DNA from: Nostoc punctiforme PCC 73102
GTDB taxonomy: Bacteria > Cyanobacteriota > Cyanobacteriia > Cyanobacteriales > Nostocaceae
Length of the DNA: 32,000 nucleotides
NCBI RefSeq assembly: GCF_000020025.1
Contig: NC_010628.1
Coordinates: 4,290,001 to 4,322,000, forward strand
Reading direction: 5' to 3'
A program made the translations under genes and the position numbers. Below the pieces are notes generated by a model. That model searched no databases. It saw only the letters and a list, made by a program, of their open reading frames with translations, and was not told the DNA's origin. This document shows, one piece after another, positions 24,187 through 30,942 of this stretch. How positions within the stretch are numbered: position 1 is the first letter of the stretch; each line of letters opens with the position of its first letter.

Positions 24187-27100
24187 CTAGCTAACTGTTA
24201 TCAATGCTTGTTGGTTTTGAGTAAAAACTGATACAAGCTCCTGAGCTTCGTCTTCAGTTAATTCTTCTAACTCCGCTATAATCATTTCTTCAATAAATAA
24301 ACCCAACTCAGCTACAGAGGGTGCTTCAAAGAGGGCACGAAGGGATAGTTCTAGTTGGAAGTTTTTGCGAAGCTGGGCAATCACCTGAATACCGATCAGG
24401 GAATTTCCTCCCAATTCAAAAAAGTTGTCATATATACCTACTTGTTCTATACCCAACGATTGTTGGTAGAAGCTAGCAATTTTGTGTTCGAGTTCACTGC
24501 TAGGAGCAACATAAGAGTTCCGTAAGTGCGGGCGCGAATGTAGCGAAAGCTCTGATACTATTTCGCTATTCGTTGGCAATTGATATTCCTGTGCTTCGCC
24601 GCCTTGAAAGTGTTCTGGTGAGCATGTCTGCGATATGGCGACAACTTGTGTTTGTTTGTGTGGTTCAATCCAATAACGCTGGCGCTCAAACGGATAGGTC
24701 GGTAAAGGCAAACGATCGCGACGCTCATGAGAATAAAATCCTGCCCAATCTATCTGCACGCCTGCAAGCCAAAGCTGACCTAGTGTATTCAGCAAAAAGG
24801 CAATATCTGACTGACGTTCGTAAGAATGCCGCAGCGATGGCAGCACAACTCGATCTACTAGGCGATCGCTCTGTAAAATACTGAGTGCTAAACTGCTCAA
24901 TGTCTGCCCAGAACCAACTTCTAATAGAACCGGATTATGTTTTTTGGACAATTCTTGCACTGCCGAAGCAAACTGCACAGTTTGGCACAGATGCTTAACC
25001 CAGTAGCTAGGATCTGTTGCTTGCTCTGCTGTAATCCAAGTTCCTGTGACGTTGGACAGATAGGGAATTTTAGGTGGTTGGAGATTGAATGTTTTAACTA
25101 GGCTATGTAAGCCGGGTGCGATCGCCTCCATCATTTTTGAATGAAAAGCATGGGAAGTCACAATCCGCCGACACGCCAAACCCTTTTGGGTTAGGTGGTG
25201 TTCCAATTCATCCACAGCCTCGGTGCAACCCGAAATCACACAAAGAGATGAGCCGTTGATTGCTGAGAGGGAAAGTTTCTCACTAAGGAAAGGCTGCACT
25301 TCTTGTTCTGTTAGGGGAACAGCCAGCATTGCCCCTGCTGGCAACTCTTGAATCATTTGCGCTCTTTTGGCAACAAGAGTCAGAGCGTCTTCTAGGGACA
25401 AAACTCCTGCTAAAGTTGCCGCTACAAATTCACCGATGCTATAGCCAATCATGGCCACAGGACGAATTCCCCACTCGAACCACAACTGAGCCAAAGCGTA
25501 CTCAACGACAAAGATGGCTGGTTGGGTGAAAAAGGTTTGATTTAGTTTTTGGGTGGCTTCATCTGCTGGTTCTTCACTACGACCAAGCATCTTTCGCAAA
25601 TCCAGACCTGGTTTCGATGGGTTCTGTTTTTGGGAACTATTTTTGGGATACAGTACATCCCGCAGATCCAGACCAAGGATAGGTTTTAGCAACAGGCAAC
25701 ATCTGTCCACTGCTTCTTGAAACGTCGGCTCAACTTGGTAAATTTCAAGAGCCATGTTAATGTGATGAGTTCCCAGTCCAGGAAACATCAAAGCGACGGG
25801 GCGATCGCGATCGCGCAGCCCATCCGCAGGACTGGGCGTGTATGCAGCGTATTCGCTTGTCTCTTGAATACTAGTCAAAACTCGTTTTGGATCTTGCAGT
25901 GCATTCATTGCATCATCAATATCCTGACAAACAACCACCCGTCGATAGCCCATAGCCCTGCGCCCCACCTTCAGGGTATAAGCCACATCAGCTAAGTTTA
26001 AATTTGGATGCTGTTTGAGGTGATTAACCAGATTTGCCGTAGCTGTTTCTAATGCTGATTCCGTTTTGGCAGAAATAACCAACAGCTGATATTTCCTCCC
26101 CTGCTCCCCCTGCTCTCCTATCGGGGCTTCCTCCAAAATTATATGTGCATTAGTTCCCCCAATACCAAAGGAACTAACTCCAGCACGGCGGGGGGTGCTA
26201 TTGGTTTTCCATTCAGACAACTTGGTGTTTACATAGAAAGGACTATTGGTGAAATCAATCTCAGGGTTGGGTTCCTCAAAGTGTAAGCTAGGTGGAATCA
26301 ACTTGTGTTTTAGAGCCAGAACCGTCTTAATGAATCCAGCTATACCTGCCGCCGCATCTAGATGTCCGACATTAGTCTTCACCGAACCAATGGCACAGAA
26401 GTTTTTTTTCTGAGTACTTGTACGGAAGGCTTTTGTTAAAGCCTTGATTTCCACAGGATCTCCTAGAACTGTACCGCTACCATGACACTCTACATAGTTG
26501 ACTGTCTCAGCCTCAATATCTGCTACAGCCAGAGCTTGTGCGATCGCCTGGGCTTGCCTAACTAGGCTAGGTGCTGTGTAACCAACTTTTAAAGCTCCAT
26601 CATTATTGATGGCGGAACCAATGATTACAGCATGAATGCAATCGCGCTCGCTGAGAGCATCTTCCAAGCGCTTGAGAACTACTACTCCAACTCCGCTGCC
26701 ACCCACAGTTCCCCTAGCTTTGGCATCAAAGGTACGACAGTGCCCATCGGGAGACATGATTCCCACTTCTTGATGTAAATAACCAGCTTTTTGTAAGACA
26801 TTTATGCTCACACCACCAGCTAGAGCCATATCACATTGGTAACTGAGCAAGCTTTGGCAAGCCAAATAGATTGAAACTAATGATGTGGAGCAACCAGTTT
26901 GAACATTAATACTTGGGCCTTTTAAATTTAATTTATAGGAGGTGCGTGTAGTTAGGAAATCTTTTTCATTACCCAGCAGCGTTTGTTGACCAATTTCTAA
27001 GCTGAGTAAGTTGCGGTTGGAAGCAATGTTAAACAACAAATAGCTGTTCCAGCCCATACCCCCATAAATGCCAATTTCGCCTGCAAAGTTTTCAGAATCG

Positions 27101-27444
27101 TAGCCAGCATCTTCCAGAGCCTGCCAGGAACACTCCAAGAAAAAGCGGTGTTGGGGGTCCATAATTGCTGCTTCTCTGGGGTTAAAACCAAAGAATGCAG
27201 CGTCAAATAATTCTATATCTTCTAATACTGCCCCAGCTTTTACATGGCGAGGATTATTCAGTATAGCTGGGTCAATTGCTGAATTTAATATATCTTCATC
27301 CGTTAAGACAGAAATTGACTCCACACCATCTTTGAGATTTCGCCAAAAATCATTAATACTTTTGGCTCCAGGAAAACGGCCAGCCATACCAATCACAGCT
27401 ATCCCTTCCATATTCTCGTTCTTGAAAGTATCATTAACGGACAT
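24187..27444 (-). CDS. Type I PKS module KS-AT-T (no KR/DH/ER) with an NRPS-style carrier domain
   Basis: ORF track, 1085 aa. KS: TGCSTSLVSIYLA (Cys185), ECHGSGT, KTNVGH. AT: FPGLGTHHINM, GYSIGE (Ser669), TSHAFHS. T: YVAPSSELEHKIASFYQQSLGIEQVGIYDNFFELGGNSLIGIQ (Ser1015). Confidence 0.95.
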   Translation of the reverse strand: MSVNDTFKNENMEGIAVIGMAGRFPGAKSINDFWRNLKDGVESISVLTDEDILNSAIDPAILNNPRHVKAGAVLEDIELFDAAFFGFNPREAAIMDPQHRFFLECSWQALEDAGYDSENFAGEIGIYGGMGWNSYLLFNIASNRNLLSLEIGQQTLLGNEKDFLTTRTSYKLNLKGPSINVQTGCSTSLVSIYLACQSLLSYQCDMALAGGVSINVLQKAGYLHQEVGIMSPDGHCRTFDAKARGTVGGSGVGVVVLKRLEDALSERDCIHAVIIGSAINNDGALKVGYTAPSLVRQAQAIAQALAVADIEAETVNYVECHGSGTVLGDPVEIKALTKAFRTSTQKKNFCAIGSVKTNVGHLDAAAGIAGFIKTVLALKHKLIPPSLHFEEPNPEIDFTNSPFYVNTKLSEWKTNSTPRRAGVSSFGIGGTNAHIILEEAPIGEQGEQGRKYQLLVISAKTESALETATANLVNHLKQHPNLNLADVAYTLKVGRRAMGYRRVVVCQDIDDAMNALQDPKRVLTSIQETSEYAAYTPSPADGLRDRDRPVALMFPGLGTHHINMALEIYQVEPTFQEAVDRCCLLLKPILGLDLRDVLYPKNSSQKQNPSKPGLDLRKMLGRSEEPADEATQKLNQTFFTQPAIFVVEYALAQLWFEWGIRPVAMIGYSIGEFVAATLAGVLSLEDALTLVAKRAQMIQELPAGAMLAVPLTEQEVQPFLSEKLSLSAINGSSLCVISGCTEAVDELEHHLTQKGLACRRIVTSHAFHSKMMEAIAPGLHSLVKTFNLQPPKIPYLSNVTGTWITAEQATDPSYWVKHLCQTVQFASAVQELSKKHNPVLLEVGSGQTLSSLALSILQSDRLVDRVVLPSLRHSYERQSDIAFLLNTLGQLWLAGVQIDWAGFYSHERRDRLPLPTYPFERQRYWIEPHKQTQVVAISQTCSPEHFQGGEAQEYQLPTNSEIVSELSLHSRPHLRNSYVAPSSELEHKIASFYQQSLGIEQVGIYDNFFELGGNSLIGIQVIAQLRKNFQLELSLRALFEAPSVAELGLFIEEMIIAELEELTEDEAQELVSVFTQNQQALITVS
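24295..24498 (-). other. Carrier domain of PKS 24187..27444, PCP-like rather than PKS-ACP-like
   Basis: The DNFFELGGNSL core and the preceding YVAP..E..IA.....LG...VGI block are the NRPS T-domain pattern. The ACP in ORF 1..1169 instead uses LEMGVDSL. Confidence 0.7.
24835..25797 (-). other. Acyltransferase domain with non-canonical motifs (GYSIGE, FPGLGTHH) but an HAFH specificity motif
   Basis: aa ~550-870. GYSIGE is encoded at 25429..25446 and HAFH at aa 765-768. There is a ~25-aa insertion, NSSQKQNPSKPGLDLRKMLGRSEEPADEA, relative to the AT of ORF 1414..4320. Confidence 0.75.
25801..25814. repeat. Two overlapping HIP1 octamers (GCGATCGCGATCGC); one of at least 20 HIP1 sites in the window
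   Basis: Exact GCGATCGC begins at 3524, 4690, 6036, 6271, 6739, 10531, 13060, 14010, 15635, 15756, 17517, 19392, 20526, 21267, 24862, 25118, 25801, 25807, 26540 and 31394. Positions were found by eye. Confidence 0.8.
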
Positions 27445-28927
27445 CGGCTATCTGCTCCCTCGTTTCTAATGAGAATTCTTTCACCAAATTTTGTGGAGCA
27501 ATAGGAGGTAAAAAGCCTCCTTTGCGTAGTTCCCTAACGCTATCTTTAAAAGCCTGAATTATATAATTAATATCTTCATCTGTATGAGCTGTAGAAAGGT
27601 AGCCTCCAGGGCCTCCCAACATAACCCCCTTATCTAGAAGGTGATAATATAAAAGTTCTCGCAACTCGGATGGAGTAGCATATTCTAAAAGCGAAAAGTT
27701 CTCTAAAAAAGCAGGACTAAACCACGAGCTAAAATTCCTCAGACGTAAGGGAACTTCTTCTTCTTCAAAGTAAGCATTTAATGTTTCAACTAGTTGCGAC
27801 ATCCGTTGATTCAATTGCTGTTGTAACTGCGATCCTTGCATTTTTAAATGTTTAAGTACAGCCAGTGCCGCAGCCATAGCTAGTGGATGCCTACGAAATG
27901 TACCTGCAAAATATGTTGTTTCGACTTGAGGTTGAGATGCATCACCATAATTCCACATTCCGCCATCAATTCTATCCATGTAAGTAGCTTTGCCAGCAAT
28001 AATTCCAATCGGCATTCCGCCACCAACAATCTTTCCATAAGTAGCTATGTCGGCTTCAACACCAAACCACGCCTGTGCACCACCTGGATGAACACGAAAG
28101 CCAGTTATTACTTCATCAAAAATTAATGCTATCCCTAATTCTTTGGTCAATTGCCTCAGCTGTAAAAGAAAATCTTTAGGCTGTAAATCTGGTCGGCGAC
28201 TTTGTACAGGTTCAACTAAAACGGCAGCCAATTCGTGCTTATTAGCTCTAATTGCATCTAGTGATTGAGGATTTCCATAATCTAAAACTAAATAATCTTC
28301 AACAATATTTTGCGGTATTCCTGAAGTTATTGGTACAGTATGCGGAATCCCATCTATCGTTTCTACCTCAACTAACGTTCCATCAAAATGACCGTGATAG
28401 GAGCCAGAAAATAGCACAATCTTGTTACGTCCTGTTGCTGTTCGTGCTAAACGGATTGCTGCCATCACTGCTTCTGTGCCTGTGTTGCTAAAGGCAACCC
28501 TCTCCATTCCTGTCAGTTCACAAATTAATTCACCGACTTCACCTGTTAATTCTGATTGCGGACCAATTTGGATTCCTTTTTCAAGTTGTTCTTTGAGGGC
28601 TGCTTGGATAAAAGGTGGATTGTGACCAAAAAGATTGACTCCCAATCCCATCATGAAATCTATATATTCATTGCCATCAACATCCCATATCCTGGAACCC
28701 AGAGAGCGCTTTGCAGTAATAGGGTAGCACATTTCTTTACAGGACAAACTAAAACCTACAGGTCCCATATTACTAGTAATAATCGGACGATAAGTTTGAG
28801 CAAGTTGTTTTGATTTTTTTGTCCGCTCGTTGTAGCGTGTAGTGAATGCTTCTAAATATCTCTGTTGTAAATGATTTCCTGCTTTATTCATAAATATAGG
28901 AATCCTAGATGATTTGTGAAATTTCAC
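27434..28927 (-). CDS. Free-standing class III PLP aminotransferase (GSA-aminomutase-like, PKS AMT-type)
   Basis: ORF track, 497 aa, with a GTG start at 28927 and an alternative ATG at 28891 (MNKAGNHLQQRYLEAF). Motifs: GNEYIDFMMGLGVNLFGH, SNTGTEAVMAAIRLAR, LIFDEVITGFR, ATYGKIVGGGMP (probable PLP lysine). Its stop overlaps the PKS start by 11 nt. Confidence 0.9.
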   Translation of the reverse strand: MKFHKSSRIPIFMNKAGNHLQQRYLEAFTTRYNERTKKSKQLAQTYRPIITSNMGPVGFSLSCKEMCYPITAKRSLGSRIWDVDGNEYIDFMMGLGVNLFGHNPPFIQAALKEQLEKGIQIGPQSELTGEVGELICELTGMERVAFSNTGTEAVMAAIRLARTATGRNKIVLFSGSYHGHFDGTLVEVETIDGIPHTVPITSGIPQNIVEDYLVLDYGNPQSLDAIRANKHELAAVLVEPVQSRRPDLQPKDFLLQLRQLTKELGIALIFDEVITGFRVHPGGAQAWFGVEADIATYGKIVGGGMPIGIIAGKATYMDRIDGGMWNYGDASQPQVETTYFAGTFRRHPLAMAAALAVLKHLKMQGSQLQQQLNQRMSQLVETLNAYFEEEEVPLRLRNFSSWFSPAFLENFSLLEYATPSELRELLYYHLLDKGVMLGGPGGYLSTAHTDEDINYIIQAFKDSVRELRKGGFLPPIAPQNLVKEFSLETREQIADVR

Positions 28928-29043
28928 GTATGGTCTGTTGACTGTTGACTCAGAGCGTCGGTAATTTTTTCTAAAATAAAATCGGATTTCTATAGTTAAT
29001 ACTAAAAATGTAAAAAATCATCTTCTAGTACTGAATCAGATTA

Positions 29044-29790
29044 TTAATTAGGTTTACGACAAACAAAGCAGGCTCGACTAGAACCTCCATTTAATCCCAA
29101 ATCTTGTTCTGCATTATATACTTTAACTTCTATGAATCCCGTCTTTTCCAGAGTAGATATAACTTCTGCTATTGAATAAGTTTTCAATGTAAAACTTACG
29201 TCAAAACGCTGCCAATTTGCATTTATTAATTGGAGTATAGTATGCTTTTGTTCTAATTTATTTTCCTGATTATAACTATTAGTTACTAGGGAAACAAAAT
29301 CATCTTTAACTTCAACAGTGTCTAAAACCTCATTTTCATCTATTTCTAACTCACTTTTGATTATTAAATCGAACAGAGCGAAACCATTTTCTAGCAGTGA
29401 ATCATACATATTTTGAAATACGCTTGTCAGTTCCTCAATACTGAGGATATACATAAGGGAAGCAAGTGAAATAACAGCATTGAACCTAGATGTAAACTTG
29501 AAAAAGCGTGCATCACCCTGGAGAAATTTAACACTAGGTGCTTTTTGACGAGCAAGATTCAACATCTCTTCAGAACCATCAAGTCCAGTTACTTGATATC
29601 CCATTAATAGTAAACGTTGTGCTACTGGCCCTGTACCACAACAAAGGTCGAGAATATGTGCTTCTTTGGGTAGATACTGTAAAAGTAATTTTTCCATAAG
29701 TTCTACCCAAACATCGTAGTTAACTTTGTGGGTACGGTCGAAAGCATTAGCTAAAGCATCATACTCAGAATATATCTTTGATGAAGACAT
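29044..29790 (-). CDS. Class I SAM-dependent methyltransferase (paralog of 7587..8348)
   Basis: ORF track, 248 aa. ATG 29790 is preceded by AAGGAG. SAM motif I is ILDLCCGTGPVAQRLL. The C-terminal ..ACFVCRKP matches ..AVFVCHKP in the paralog. Confidence 0.9.
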   Translation of the reverse strand: MSSSKIYSEYDALANAFDRTHKVNYDVWVELMEKLLLQYLPKEAHILDLCCGTGPVAQRLLLMGYQVTGLDGSEEMLNLARQKAPSVKFLQGDARFFKFTSRFNAVISLASLMYILSIEELTSVFQNMYDSLLENGFALFDLIIKSELEIDENEVLDTVEVKDDFVSLVTNSYNQENKLEQKHTILQLINANWQRFDVSFTLKTYSIAEVISTLEKTGFIEVKVYNAEQDLGLNGGSSRACFVCRKPN

Positions 29791-29849
29791 GAAATGCTCC
29801 TTTTATCGTTATATAAATTTGTGATATGTTGTATTTACTGTATCTATGT

Positions 29850-30003
29850 ACTGATAGATCAATACGCTTGAGTTAATGGTTTACTCTTTGTCAAAGTGAA
29901 TTTTTTTAACGAACCGCATTCGCGCAGCGTCTCGTTAGAGAAGGACGCAAAGGACGCGAAGAAAAGAAAGAAATGCTTAACTGAATTGTATTGACTGATA
30001 GAT
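29850..30003. repeat. Short MITE-like intergenic insert bracketed by the 10-bp direct repeat ACTGATAGAT
   Basis: ACTGATAGAT occurs at 29850-29859 and 29994-30003. CAATAC (just inside the left repeat) and GTATTG (just inside the right repeat) are mutual reverse complements. The core TTTTTTTAACGAACCGCATTCGCGCAGCGTCTCGTTAGAGAAGGACGCAAAGGACGCGAAGAAAAGAAAG resembles the reverse complement of the 1211-1360 element. Confidence 0.45.
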
Positions 30004-30004
30004 A

Positions 30005-30898
30005 TCAAAAGTTGAGGTAACTTAGGAGAGAAAACAAGCGCCGACGATTATCGCTAAATGCTCTACGACCATGCAAAAATCTAGAATTATCAATCATTAC
30101 TAAATCGCCGGGTTTCCAACGAATTTCTTGAGTTAAGCTATACATGACTTTCTCAATTTCCTCTATAGCTGCATCAGGTATTAACGAACCATCCTCAAAA
30201 GTTAATGCTGATTCTAATTCCAAATTTACGGAGCCTTTCAGGTTACTATTGCCTGTGATAATGTCATTGACAAAGGCATTTTGATTACCATATTTTGTTT
30301 GAAGCACAGCTGAACAAATATATTCTGTATATATAGACTCCTCTTGGTCGATTTGGTATTTTACATTATTAAAACCATCTAACACTCGTTTGGCATCAGA
30401 TATAGTAGCATCTGAACCCAAAAAATGCTTCCATTTATCAGCAGGGAATTTATGAACAAACTTAATTTTTTTAGAAATAAATAACTTTCTTAACTCTTCA
30501 CTTAATTTCTGCCAGACTTGAATACCATCCCAAAATAAAGTTTCGCCCCCTTCTGCTGCTGGTACAGTGCAGCAAAACCAAACAGCATCAGGTGAAAAGG
30601 GAGAACTACCGTTTTCACGATGAGGGAGAATTTCATGCATTCCTATATCTACTAAACTGACAAACCCGTTTGGCTCAACCAGAGGTTTATCATCATCTCG
30701 CGTGAGTCTAGAACTAAATTGTTCTGCAAACACTTGCATCAATTCATGGGTGATCCCAAACCCTCGAAATAGAATAATCCCAGATGACTTGAACATCTCC
30801 TGAATTTTCGCAACAGAGAGGTTAAGAATATCTTTGCATTCATCGCTATAGATAATTTTGTTGGTACTGGTTTCTGGTAAATCGATTTGAATTGTCAT
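30005..30898 (-). CDS. Divergent TauD/TfdA-family Fe(II)/2OG dioxygenase (third in the window)
   Basis: ORF track, 297 aa. Motifs: IILFRGF, PHREN (H93/E95), AAEGGETLFWDG, RFLHGRRAF (H276). It is shorter than the other two TauD units and much less similar to them. Confidence 0.85.
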   Translation of the reverse strand: MTIQIDLPETSTNKIIYSDECKDILNLSVAKIQEMFKSSGIILFRGFGITHELMQVFAEQFSSRLTRDDDKPLVEPNGFVSLVDIGMHEILPHRENGSSPFSPDAVWFCCTVPAAEGGETLFWDGIQVWQKLSEELRKLFISKKIKFVHKFPADKWKHFLGSDATISDAKRVLDGFNNVKYQIDQEESIYTEYICSAVLQTKYGNQNAFVNDIITGNSNLKGSVNLELESALTFEDGSLIPDAAIEEIEKVMYSLTQEIRWKPGDLVMIDNSRFLHGRRAFSDNRRRLFSLLSYLNF

Positions 30899-30942
30899 AG
30901 TTGTATTGCAAAACTAAAAATTATCTGTAGAAAATTTCATTT

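Noticed and set aside
1653-28813. All plus-strand ORFs in the track (60-112 aa). Examples: 1653..1835, 2204..2392, 4307..4540, 5522..5707, 7109..7424, 9662..9871, 12278..12481, 13602..13980, 14172..14556, 17015..17218, 18282..18929, 21275..21463, 24573..24884, 25329..25995, 27887..28813.
   Set aside because: Each lies antisense to a minus-strand gene with unambiguous domain motifs. Their translations are low-complexity or Cys/Arg/Ser-rich and show no recognisable motif. This is the expected noise opposite long ORFs.
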